A DNA stretch of 61,459 nt, filler included, from Nitrospinae bacterium RIFCSPLOWO2_12_FULL_45_22 (GTDB lineage: Bacteria; 2-12-FULL-45-22), in NCBI GenBank assembly GCA_001803565.1. It is 4 parts of 4 records of this genome, joined end to end, with 100 filler letters (N's around TTAATTAATTAA, not from the genome) between each part and the next. Parts side by side here need not be neighbours in the genome. Positions count along the whole stretch, not along the records: positions 42,136 to 55,017 come from MHDQ01000289.1; positions 55,118 to 61,459 come from MHDQ01000293.1; 2 more parts are not named here. One strand, given 5' to 3'. The notes below the pieces were generated by a model, which was not told where the DNA came from, did not search any database, and saw nothing but the letters and a program-made list of their open reading frames with translations. Made by a program: the position numbers and the translations under genes. Shown one piece after another: positions 52,729 to 61,459 of this stretch (position 1 is its first letter; each line of letters starts with the position of its first letter).

Positions 52729-52945
52729 TTAAAGGCATCTTTCATTTTCCAGTTAACACTTTTAACCCACAATAGTGTAAGCAAAAGGTGATAGGGAGAT
52801 AGGGAAGATAATGGAGATACTGGAAAAACAATGATGTCTCCCTAATCCCCAAGCTCTCCAAATCTCCTTTTCTTACACATATAAACTGTTATACTTTTAT
52901 GAAGTGTTAACTACTTTTGCTAAATATGAAGGATGCCCTATTAAA
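52729..52945. repeat. Nested multi-layer palindromic element
   Basis: GGCATCTTTCAT/ATGAAGGATGCC; AGTTAACACTT/AAGTGTTAACT; GTGTAAG/CTTACAC; purine-rich GGAGATAGG array paired with a pyrimidine array. Confidence 0.7.
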
Positions 52946-52982
52946 TTACTAAAAATAGAAGGGAGGGGAAAAAGGGAAGGAG

Positions 52983-54539
52983 ATGATCAAGATCCAGAGG
53001 GCTATAATCAGCGTGTATGATAAGAGAGGGGTGGTAGAATTTAGCCATAAACTAAAGGAATATGGTGTAGAGATCCTCTCTACTGGCGGCACCAGCCAAC
53101 TATTAGAAACTAACGGTATTAACGTAACCCCTATCGCCCAAGTCATAGATTTTCCTGAGATCCTTGATGGTCGGGTAAAGACTCTACATCCCCGTATCCA
53201 TGGTGGTATCCTGGCCAGGCGCAATAACCCTTCTCATACCCAGGAATTAGCTGCACACGGGATCCAGCCTATTGATATAGTGGTAGTAAATCTCTACCCC
53301 TTTCGCGAAGTGGTCAAGCAGGCAGATGCTGACCTGGAAACCGCCCTGGATAATATTGATATTGGTGGTCCGAGCATGCTCAGAGCGGCAGCCAAAAATT
53401 TTCCTGATGTAGTTATAGTAACCTGCCCGGAAGATTATCCTGGGGTGATTAAAGAGATGGAAGCTAATGCTGGGGCTGTCTCCTGGGAGACCAGGGCCTA
53501 TCTGGCCCAGAAGGCCTTTGCCCATACCGCCAAGTACGACAGTTTTATATCTCATTACTTAGCCCATTACCTCCCCCAGGACAGGCTTCCTGACCTCTCT
53601 CAAGACTTATTGCTACATTATGATAAAGTCCAGGAGCTGCGCTATGGTGAGAATCCGCATCAGAAAGGATATTGGTACCGACAGGCTTTCTCCCCTGATG
53701 GCTCCCTGGCCCAGGCCAGGCAGATTCAGGGTAAAGAATTGTCTTTTAATAATATACTCGATGCTGATGCGGCCCTCAGGGTATTAGCAGATTTTACTGA
53801 GATAACGGCTGGTATAATCAAGCATAACAATCCTTGCGGGGTAGCTTACGGAGCTAGCCCCCTAGAAGCATATAAGCTAGCCCTCGAATGCGACCCGGCA
53901 TCAGCCTTCGGTGGTATAGTAGGCTTTAATTCCCCCTTGGATACTGCTACTGCCCAGGAATTGATAACTAATTTCCTGGAGATCATCATAGCTCCCGGGT
54001 ATACTCCCGAAGCCCTAGCCATATTGAAGCGAAAAACTAATTTGAGGGTATTGGAAGTCCCTGTGGCTAAAAAACACGTGAAAGATTGGGACTTAAAGAA
54101 GATATCCGGAGGAATATTGCTCCAGGAAGAAGATGCCCTGGTATGGGACGAGAAAGGGTTGAAGGTAGTTACCCAGCGGCACCCTACCTCAGAAGAGATG
54201 GAAGCCCTATACCTTGCCTGGCGGGTTGCGAAGCAGGTAAAATCTAATGCTATTGTCTTCGCTAACAAACACCAGACCGTGGGCATAGGTGCTGGTCAGA
54301 TGAGCCGGGTAGATGCCGTGAAGCTGGCTATAATGAAGGCCCGCTTACCACTAAGTGGTACTGTTGTGGCTTCGGATGGCTTCTTTCCTTTCCGGGATAG
54401 TATAGATTTAGCAGCCCAGGCTGGTGCCGGAGCTATTATCCAACCCGGCGGTTCTGTCCGGGATGCGGAGGTCATTGAAGCGGCTAATCAACACCATATG
54501 GCTATGGTCTTTACTGGCTGCCGCCACTTCCGCCATTAA
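52983..54539 (+). CDS. purH: Bifunctional AICAR transformylase/IMP cyclohydrolase
   Basis: [35 protein letters not shown], ends RHFRH. Confidence 0.97.
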   Translation: MIKIQRAIISVYDKRGVVEFSHKLKEYGVEILSTGGTSQLLETNGINVTPIAQVIDFPEILDGRVKTLHPRIHGGILARRNNPSHTQELAAHGIQPIDIVVVNLYPFREVVKQADADLETALDNIDIGGPSMLRAAAKNFPDVVIVTCPEDYPGVIKEMEANAGAVSWETRAYLAQKAFAHTAKYDSFISHYLAHYLPQDRLPDLSQDLLLHYDKVQELRYGENPHQKGYWYRQAFSPDGSLAQARQIQGKELSFNNILDADAALRVLADFTEITAGIIKHNNPCGVAYGASPLEAYKLALECDPASAFGGIVGFNSPLDTATAQELITNFLEIIIAPGYTPEALAILKRKTNLRVLEVPVAKKHVKDWDLKKISGGILLQEEDALVWDEKGLKVVTQRHPTSEEMEALYLAWRVAKQVKSNAIVFANKHQTVGIGAGQMSRVDAVKLAIMKARLPLSGTVVASDGFFPFRDSIDLAAQAGAGAIIQPGGSVRDAEVIEAANQHHMAMVFTGCRHFRH

Positions 54540-54570
54540 AGTTCCGCATAAGCGAGATAGAGGGATAAAA

Positions 54571-55017
54571 ATGATCCGTCACCTTGAGATTCTGCATTAC
54601 CGGGCCCTTAAATATATAGATATTAAACTTGCCAACTTTCTCATCCTAGTGGGACCAAATGCGAGCGGAAAAAGCACTTTTTTGGATGTTATTTACTTAA
54701 TCAAAGATATTCTCAATGAAGGTCCGCAGATGGCCGTTGAGAAGAGAACATCTCGTTTTGCTGAACTCTTGTGGAAAAATCAAGGAGATAAGTTTGAAAT
54801 TGCTATAGAACTTGAGATACCCAAGGATATTAGGGAGAGATTAAAGGATAAAGATTTTTCTTCAGTACGATATGAAATATCCCTTCAATTGGAAGATAAG
54901 AAAGGGGTTATCATTGGTGGAGAAAATCTCTGGCTAACAAAGGGATCAGCTACAAGTTCCCAAAAATTTTCTAGCAAAAGTTTGAGACAAATGACTCTTT
55001 TCCCTAGAGAGCCAGAA
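54571..55017 (+). CDS. ABC/AAA-type ATPase (AAA_21-like), truncated at contig end
   Basis: MIRHLEILHYRAL...LVGPNASGKSTFLD Walker A. Confidence 0.8.
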
Positions 55018-55117
55018 NNNNNNNNNNNNNNNNNNNNNNNNNNNNNNNNNNNNNNNNNNNNTTAATTAATTAANNNNNNNNNNNNNNNNNNNNNNNNNNN
55101 NNNNNNNNNNNNNNNNN
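55018..55117. other. Artificial contig linker
   Basis: N-run + TTAATTAATTAA + N-run. Confidence 0.95.
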
Positions 55118-55213
55118 AAGCTCCCCCTATAATCTGATTGTTTAATAAGCAATCAGATTATAGGGGGAAATAAATGATTCGTCAACTATACCTATAAATT
55201 TGTCGTGCACCCA

Positions 55214-55268
55214 TGTAGGCACGAATTTTATTCGTGCTATTAAAAGCACGGATAAATCCGTGCCTACA
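55214..55268. repeat. GTAG-REP doublet (REPIN-like)
   Basis: TGTAGGCACGAATTTTATTCGTGC-TATTAAAA-GCACGGATAAATCCGTGCCTACA. Confidence 0.7.
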
Positions 55269-55567
55269 ATATTTTCATAGCTCACATCGCCCCTTTAGGC
55301 ATGAAGGTTTTTCAGAAGGTGGAATCAATTTGGTATATATTAGTATCGGTAATTAATTACACGGAGATGAGGGAAAATCCGAGGGCTCAGAATGCCCCGG
55401 ATCCCAATATGAACCATCAAGGAGTTGTTTATATATCTATGAAAAAGTATATCCGAATCGAATGATTAAATCATCAAAAATCAATCACCTCCCAAGAACG
55501 GCAAGGATGAAGATGGTTTAAGGCCCCGTTAGATAGCCTATAAACACCAAATAGGAGGAAGGTTGCC

Positions 55568-55787
55568 ATGGGATATGTCATCAAGAGGGAAATATAGTAA
55601 AGGTGTTGTTTGCTTACTAGAAGAAGCCTCCCTCGGTGAAGGAGAGGAGGTATTTATAGTTTCCGAAGACAAAAGTAAAGAAAGTATCTTAGAAAAAACC
55701 TTTGGGATATGGGAAGACCTCCCTGATTTTCTGAAAAAGGTTAGGGAAAATGCGGAGAAGAGAATAAAGGGGCTGAGAATTGATTGA
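55568..55787 (+). pseudogene. DUF104/AF2212-like antitoxin, probably frameshifted near the start
   Basis: RBS-ATG gives MGYVIK then a stop; the adjacent frame carries GKYSKGVVCLLEEASLGEGEEV...TFGIW. Confidence 0.55.
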
Positions 55788-55863
55788 GACAGTTGTTTTG
55801 AACTCAGATGTTCTCATTGACCATCTGCGTGGTTATCATAAGGCGAAGGTATTTTCAAAGTGA
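55780..55863 (+). pseudogene. VapC N-terminal fragment
   Basis: ETVVLNSDVLIDHLRGYHKAK..* resembles the PIN start 'DTDVLIDHLRG'; stops after 27 codons. Confidence 0.55.
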
Positions 55864-56282
55864 TGAAGAAAGAGGAACTGATTACCGTTCTTAAAGAGGT
55901 TATGGAGAAAGATGAAGAAATTCTGTTTGCCTACCTTTATGGTTCTTATGCCCTTGATGCTAGTCATTGGGAGAGTGATATTGATATTGCTGTTTATATT
56001 AAACCCACGGATATAGAAGGATACCTGAAGAAAGAGAAGGAGCTTTGGACTACTCTAATAATTACCTTTCACAATGACCATATCGATCTTAGAATACTAA
56101 ATACCTTACCTCTTTTATTAAAATATAAAGTAATTAAGGAAGGGATACCGATTTTGATAAAGGATGAATCAGAGAGGGCTGATTTTGACACTATGGTTAT
56201 GAATAGGTTCTTTGAATTAAAACCCTATCTGGATGAGTATAACCATATGTTTAGGTTGAGAATGGAGAAAAAAATTGATTAG
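55863..56282 (+). CDS. Minimal nucleotidyltransferase (MntA-like antitoxin)
   Basis: YLYGSYA...SDIDIAVY, IDL..LN..P motifs. Confidence 0.88.
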   Translation: MKKEELITVLKEVMEKDEEILFAYLYGSYALDASHWESDIDIAVYIKPTDIEGYLKKEKELWTTLIITFHNDHIDLRILNTLPLLLKYKVIKEGIPILIKDESERADFDTMVMNRFFELKPYLDEYNHMFRLRMEKKID

Positions 56283-56711
56283 GAAAAATCGGATAATTGA
56301 ATATCTTGATAACATTCAAAGACAGATAGAAGATATTAAATCTATTCCTGTTTTGAATAAAGATTTTTTTCTCGACAAGAAAAACTCAATCCAAATAAAG
56401 GCTATAAAATATAGTTTAGCTTGTGCTATTCAAGATATAACACGAATATCTGTCCATATTGCCTCTGCACTCTCTCTTTGGAGGGTCAGAGAGAGTGAAG
56501 CAGAGGCGCCATCCTAGCCCTTTCAGGTAATGGAATAATTCCTAAGGAGTTTGCCGAGAGGATAAAAGGAATGCCTGCCTTCAGGAATAGGATAATCCAT
56601 GATTATTTACCCAATGAGTTTGATGCCGCCAGGCTCTTTGAGTGTTTACAAAATCTGGATGATTTTAATATCTTTTGCAGATATATCATAGGATGGATTT
56701 CGGAAGTATGA
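56275..56711 (+). pseudogene. HEPN/DUF86 (HepT-like) toxin, frameshifted
   Basis: ORF stops at 56517; another frame continues ILALSGNGIIPKEFAERIKGMPAFRNRIIHDY (RxxxxH) to TGA 56711. Confidence 0.8.
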
Positions 56712-56715
56712 TTGA

Positions 56716-57330
56716 TTATGATTGCAGTTCCAGAAATTTGCTGCGCACGTAAGGATGGAGCTGTTTGGCAAAATCAGCCGTTAAATGATGCTGCTGGATT
56801 AGTCGTTGTACATCCGCTAGATCCTGCAACCGATCCTTTGCGGTCATACCCGAAGAAAGCTTGAGCTCGATGAGCGATTTCAGGTTGATAACCTTGATCC
56901 CTTCGTGGGTCTCTATCACTACCTGCGGATCTGGAAATGCAACCGGCTTTGGCTTCCCGTCTCCGGGGAACTCACCAGTGACCACAAATTCGATCCGTAC
57001 TCCTGTCTCAACATCCCGTAGATTCCGGCTTTCCGGCCCAAGCCGAACATAGCCGCGTCCTATTAGCTCTTCATGCATCTTAGCCAATCCCTCGCCTGAC
57101 ACCAGAAGGTCAATGTCCTCAGTGAAGCGCCGCACCCCATGCAAAACGAGGGCATAACCACCAACGAGGCTGTACGAAACCCCCAACCCATCCAGACGCT
57201 TTGCCAGGCGTTCGTATGTCGTTCTCAACCTTCCCCGCCCTTGGTACAACTGGTCCCCCTCATCTAGTACCAAATCGAAGGAGATTTCAAGTTCGCTTTC
57301 ATACGGACGTATCTTACTCCTTGACACCAT
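56716..57330 (-). CDS. Nucleotidyltransferase-family protein
   Basis: VGGYALVLHGVRRFTEDIDLLV and KDRLQDLADV motifs. Confidence 0.8.
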   Translation of the reverse strand: MVSRSKIRPYESELEISFDLVLDEGDQLYQGRGRLRTTYERLAKRLDGLGVSYSLVGGYALVLHGVRRFTEDIDLLVSGEGLAKMHEELIGRGYVRLGPESRNLRDVETGVRIEFVVTGEFPGDGKPKPVAFPDPQVVIETHEGIKVINLKSLIELKLSSGMTAKDRLQDLADVQRLIQQHHLTADFAKQLHPYVRSKFLELQS

Positions 57331-57812
57331 TTGTCATTACCTTTCCACTCTGCAACCAACTCCCATAATCCATCCCTAAATCACGAAGATGAAATCCTCA
57401 AAGAGGCTAGGTTCAAATCCTGGTGTTTTACCAACTCTTAATTTCAACCAAAATAATACAAAATATATGGCAGTAATGTCAAGCCTATTCGACTCCTAGT
57501 CTACTAGTACCTCCTCAGCTAGCTATCTCAAGCTAGGTAAAATCTTCCTTCCGGAATAGGTTTAAGGTAAGACCTACTCCCCATAGCCTCACTTACAAAA
57601 TTGTCTGTCTGAATTACGTTTTTGTCTTTTCTGCCCATAAAGAAAATCCTTCACCAAAGGGGCTGAACTGTTACGAAAATCCTTCACCAAATAGGCAAAA
57701 GTTACCTACCCAAATCTCCTCTAACCACCCATTTCTATAAGGAGATCTACCCTACTCTAAACCCCTCTACCAATTTCCCCATTAAAGAGCTATCTGCCTT
57801 AATATTTTTGAG

Positions 57813-57829
57813 TTGGCATAATATTTGCT
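57813..57829 (+). promoter_or_regulatory. Sigma54 (-24/-12) promoter
   Basis: TTGGCATAATATTTGCT, GG and GC 12 bp apart, about 95 bp upstream of the ATG. Confidence 0.65.
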
Positions 57830-57925
57830 TGAGTATTGCCGATAAAAGATTTTAGGGCAGATTTCATTATGCCATTTCTGTTCCTCGATAAGAAGAGACT
57901 ATTAAAATTAAAGGAGGTAAATCAG

Positions 57926-60900
57926 ATGAAGAGTCATCTTCCAAAAAATTTAATCTTTTCCTCTACCTTTACCTTTCTAATTCTCTCCCTATTTATATTG
58001 GCCTCCTTTAACCCCATCCAGGCCAGTACCAGCTCAATAAAGCTATCCTGGGAGCCTAATACTGACGCTGATTTAGCAGGATATAAGCTCCATTATGGGA
58101 CTTCCTCCGGGAACTATACCAATACCATAAATGTAGGTAATGTGACCAGCTATGACCTATCTGGTCTGGAGAGTAGCAATACTTACTATATTGCTGCCAC
58201 TGCTTATAATAGCTCTTCCTACGAAAGTATGTACTCCAATGAAGTAAGCGCGACTATTGGTAGTTCTGTCGATATTCCAACCGATGACCCACCCCCGGCT
58301 GATGATCCACCTCCTACTGAAACCCTACCCCCGGCTGATGATCCACCTCCTACTGAAACCCTACCCCCGGTTTCATCCCTAGACCCCTCTGGCAAGCCCA
58401 AATCCCTTACCAATCCGTACGGGGTATATATTTGGCAGGATACCGATGACCTGGAGTGGCACCTCTGGACCACCTATGCCCCTAATGGCTTCAAGGATAA
58501 CTATAAAGGGACAACTATGACCCCGGTATCGGGCAAGATCACCCAGGCCAGCTATTATTCCCCTGAAGATTCTTATGAGACCATAACCTGGGATGCTGCC
58601 AGGGTTCATATAGACAATATGGACGTCAATGGTACCGGTGGTATAGATGGGGTAGACTTCAAGGTAGATGGCTCCGAGGTAAGCTTCAAGATCGTCTTTT
58701 CAGGCTCCATCTCCCCTAAAAACATCTTTATCGGGGCCAATCTTGCTAACCCCGACTCCACCAGCTTTACCCTGAAAGGGCTAGTTACCGGAGAATCACC
58801 TCCTACCAATAGTCCACCCCCGGCTGATGATCCACCTCCTACTGAAACCCTACCCCCGGCTGATGATCCACCTCCTACTGAAACCCTACCCCCGGTTTCA
58901 TCCCTAGACCCCTCTGGCAAGCCCAAATCCCTTACCAATCCGTACGGGGTATATATTTGGCAGGATACCGATGACCTGGAGTGGCACCTCTGGACCACCT
59001 ATGCCCCTAATGGCTTCAAGGATAACTATAAAGGGACAACTATGACCCCGGTATCAGCTAAGATCACCCAGGCCAGCTACTATTCCCCGGATTGGTCGGG
59101 AGAGACCATCACCTGGGATGCTACCCGAATCCATGTTGACAATATGGACGTCAATGGTACCGGTGGTATAGATGGAGTAGACTTTCAGGTAGATGGTGCT
59201 GAGGTGAGCTTTAAGATCGTCTTCTCTGGCTCTATCTCCCCTAAAAATATCTTTATCGGGGCCAATCTTGCTAACCCCGACTCTACCAGCTTTACCCTCA
59301 AAGGACTGGTTGCCGGGGAATCGCCCCCTACGGAGACACCGCCACCAGCTTCATCCATAGACCCTTCGGGCAAGCCCAAATCCCTTACCAATCCCTACGG
59401 GGTATATATCTGGCAGGATACGGATGACCTGGAGTGGCACCTCTGGACCACCTATGCCCCTAATGGCTTCAAGGATAACTATAAAGGGACAACTATGACC
59501 CCGGTATCGGGCAAGATCACCCAGGCCAGCTACTATTCCCCTGAAGATTCTTATGAGACCATAACCTGGGATGCTACCCGCATTAATATCAACAATATGC
59601 AGATCAATGGTACCGGTGGTATAGACGGAGTAGACTTCAAGGTAGATGGCTCCGAGGTTAACTTCAAGATTGTATTTAATGGTTCTATCTCTCCAGATAA
59701 TATCTTTATCGGCGCCAACCTGGCTCACCCTACCTCCACCAGCTTCACCCTCAAAGGTAAGACCTTAACCAGCAATCAATTGTCATCCTTGTCTTATGTT
59801 TACGGGAATGAATTGCCCCTACCTCCTCCTCCCCCTTCCTATAAGAAGAATATTCCCGTTAGTTCCCTGATCTTTCCCTTAGTGATATCAGACAGTCAAT
59901 TCAGCACCACCCTAAGCCTGATAAATCCCTCTGCCTCTACCTCTATTACCATGACCCTATACAGCTCTGATGGGTCCTCTATCTCTACCTCTACCTCTGC
60001 CTTTCCTGCTGGAGAAACCATGGAAGGATCATTGACCGATTTCTTCCCTAATATTCAGCAGCCTACAACACAGAACGTAGAACGTAGAACCCAGAACGCA
60101 GAAGGCGGAATATTCTGGATAATGATAGAATCTACCGAAAAGATTAAGGGTTTTGCAACTATTAGCCAGTCATCAGTCATCAGTCATCAGTCATCAGTTT
60201 ACCAGCTACCTGCAATAGCTTCTGGGGCTAACACCCTCTATTTTCCTCTTGTAATGTCCGATGAAGCATGGCAGACACATTTGTCTATTCTGAATCCAAA
60301 TGATGAAGAAGCCCCTTTGGTACTAACTCCCTATGATAAGGATGGCTATCCCTTAGCAGAGTATTCCAGCGTTGGCTCTTTGAAAGGGAAGGTCCTCTCT
60401 ATTAAATATGTCCAGGAATATTTTGTTGACTCTCTCCCTCCTGGCACAGCCTGGATAAAACTGGAGAGTGATAGTAAAATCATAGGAGTGGAGACAATTT
60501 CCACTATGGATAACCACAATATTTATATGCTCCCAGCCGCAGTCAATGGCTATTCTACCCTGAATTTTCAGCTCCCTGTAATGGCTGTAGGAGAAGATTA
60601 CGCCCAACGCAGAACGTCGAACGTTGAACACCAACAATCGAACGTCGAACGTCAAACGTCGAACGGATATCTTATCCTGTTGAATTTAAGCTTGCAGCAG
60701 GGCGCCACTTTCTCTATAAATGCCTATGATAGCGATGGCAACCTGGTAGGATACAGCTCATCTATTGGCATTGCCCCGGGAGCACTAAAATTTGATACCA
60801 TTTCACACTATTTTGATGGATACTTACCCCCACAGAGTACCGGGATTAAAATAGACTCTGATGGCGCTCTCAATGGATTTGTACTATTCGATGGGAAAAT

Positions 60901-60967
60901 CATTTTCCCCGAAAACCAATTACCCACTCAACTACTCGACAACTCAACCTCAACAGCGAGGAGGTAG
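57926..60967 (+). CDS. Large secreted protein: signal peptide, Fn3 domain, three near-identical ~140-aa domains with Pro-rich linkers, three C-terminal beta-rich repeats
   Basis: AAGGAGG RBS before ATG 57926; LSWEPNTDADLAGYKLHYG...TYYIAATAYN Fn3; internal repeats visible at DNA level. Confidence 0.85.
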   Translation: MKSHLPKNLIFSSTFTFLILSLFILASFNPIQASTSSIKLSWEPNTDADLAGYKLHYGTSSGNYTNTINVGNVTSYDLSGLESSNTYYIAATAYNSSSYESMYSNEVSATIGSSVDIPTDDPPPADDPPPTETLPPADDPPPTETLPPVSSLDPSGKPKSLTNPYGVYIWQDTDDLEWHLWTTYAPNGFKDNYKGTTMTPVSGKITQASYYSPEDSYETITWDAARVHIDNMDVNGTGGIDGVDFKVDGSEVSFKIVFSGSISPKNIFIGANLANPDSTSFTLKGLVTGESPPTNSPPPADDPPPTETLPPADDPPPTETLPPVSSLDPSGKPKSLTNPYGVYIWQDTDDLEWHLWTTYAPNGFKDNYKGTTMTPVSAKITQASYYSPDWSGETITWDATRIHVDNMDVNGTGGIDGVDFQVDGAEVSFKIVFSGSISPKNIFIGANLANPDSTSFTLKGLVAGESPPTETPPPASSIDPSGKPKSLTNPYGVYIWQDTDDLEWHLWTTYAPNGFKDNYKGTTMTPVSGKITQASYYSPEDSYETITWDATRININNMQINGTGGIDGVDFKVDGSEVNFKIVFNGSISPDNIFIGANLAHPTSTSFTLKGKTLTSNQLSSLSYVYGNELPLPPPPPSYKKNIPVSSLIFPLVISDSQFSTTLSLINPSASTSITMTLYSSDGSSISTSTSAFPAGETMEGSLTDFFPNIQQPTTQNVERRTQNAEGGIFWIMIESTEKIKGFATISQSSVISHQSSVYQLPAIASGANTLYFPLVMSDEAWQTHLSILNPNDEEAPLVLTPYDKDGYPLAEYSSVGSLKGKVLSIKYVQEYFVDSLPPGTAWIKLESDSKIIGVETISTMDNHNIYMLPAAVNGYSTLNFQLPVMAVGEDYAQRRTSNVEHQQSNVERQTSNGYLILLNLSLQQGATFSINAYDSDGNLVGYSSSIGIAPGALKFDTISHYFDGYLPPQSTGIKIDSDGALNGFVLFDGKIIFPENQLPTQLLDNSTSTARR

Positions 60968-60970
60968 ACA

Positions 60971-61459
60971 ATGTTAAGAAAGAAATTGTTCTCCATTCTT
61001 TGTCCGTTCTTCATCCTGGGTCTAACGTTGAACGTAGAACGCATAACGTTACCCGTTTCACCTTTATCCGCCTATGCCGCAACCTCAGGGGTCTCTATAA
61101 TAGACGGTGAAGACTGGTCATTACCTTCCTGGGTAACTAGCTGGTCGCCTTATGGGGGGATATACTGGCAGTATCCGTCAAGAATGTCATATGTTACTAA
61201 TCCAAATTTAGATGTTTTTGCGGCTAATTTTAACTGGAAGGACATTCATATAAAAGACGGAACTTATGATTGGTCAACAATAGACAATAAATTAACGCAA
61301 ATAGCAGGTGCCGGCAAAAAAGGAATGTTGATATGGGAACATAGAAGGGTAGAGAATATACCTCAATGGGTTAAGGATAAATACCCATCGACAACTATTT
61401 ACGGCAATTGGCTTTTCGCGTATTGGGAACCTGGTCCTGTTTCAGAACTTAAGAAATTC
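60971..61459 (+). CDS. Secreted glycoside-hydrolase-like protein (3' partial)
   Basis: Manual translation MLRKKLFSIL...NWKDIHIKDGTYDWSTID...IPQWVKDKYP...YWEP; the W..I....G.YDW and P.W pattern is typical of GH-A (GH42-like) barrels. Confidence 0.6.
   Translation, partial: MLRKKLFSILCPFFILGLTLNVERITLPVSPLSAYAATSGVSIIDGEDWSLPSWVTSWSPYGGIYWQYPSRMSYVTNPNLDVFAANFNWKDIHIKDGTYDWSTIDNKLTQIAGAGKKGMLIWEHRRVENIPQWVKDKYPSTTIYGNWLFAYWEPGPVSELKKF

Noticed and set aside
29102-55117. TTAATTAATTAA motif repeated three times inside N-runs
   Set aside because: Artificial contig linker with stops in all six frames, not biology. The missing secF after secD, and the radical SAM-ActD and ATPase-TA adjacencies, cannot be interpreted across it.
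58285-59760. Long near-identical repeats as a possible CRISPR array or DGR template/variable pair
   Set aside because: The repeats are in-frame protein domain and linker duplications, with no unique spacers, no obvious adenine-specific mismatch pattern, and no cas or RT gene in the window.

Overview
A 61.5 kb piece of a Gram-negative bacterial genome, probably a MAG. The gene content resembles Deltaproteobacteria/Nitrospinota/Tectomicrobia, but taxonomy cannot be fixed from the sequence. It is four contigs joined by artificial N-TTAATTAATTAA-N linkers (about 29.1, 42.1 and 55.0 kb), so gene neighbourhoods across those points are not real. Most genes are housekeeping or metabolic: dut, lpxK/waaA/lpxI, proS, dtd, rny-ymdB-yajC-secD, tungstate ABC plus porin plus regulator, nikR with an ECF Ni/Co transporter, tRNA-Leu, tldD/E, thiL, purH and acyl-CoA enzymes. 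The main discovery is not visible in the ORF track: an 8.7 kb chromosomal integron between waaA and lpxK. It has a dead intI remnant oriented the same way as the cassettes, a near-consensus Pc promoter, an attI site and four attC sites. Its cassettes are defence/TA-type: a DUF4062-HEAT protein split by an IS1380 element (IRs and TSD resolved), an XRE-MTase with two PD-(D/E)XK nucleases, a VapC-Phd pair, and decayed RelE-type and DUF6883-like cassettes. A second theme is a dense set of small non-autonomous elements. These include an IS66-like MITE (GTAACAGTTCAC termini, 8-bp TSDs) that supplies stop codons to host genes, nested palindromes in many intergenic gaps, REP-like repeats, and heptamer arrays inserted in frame into a secreted protein. 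Family assignments come from motif recognition only; no searches were run.
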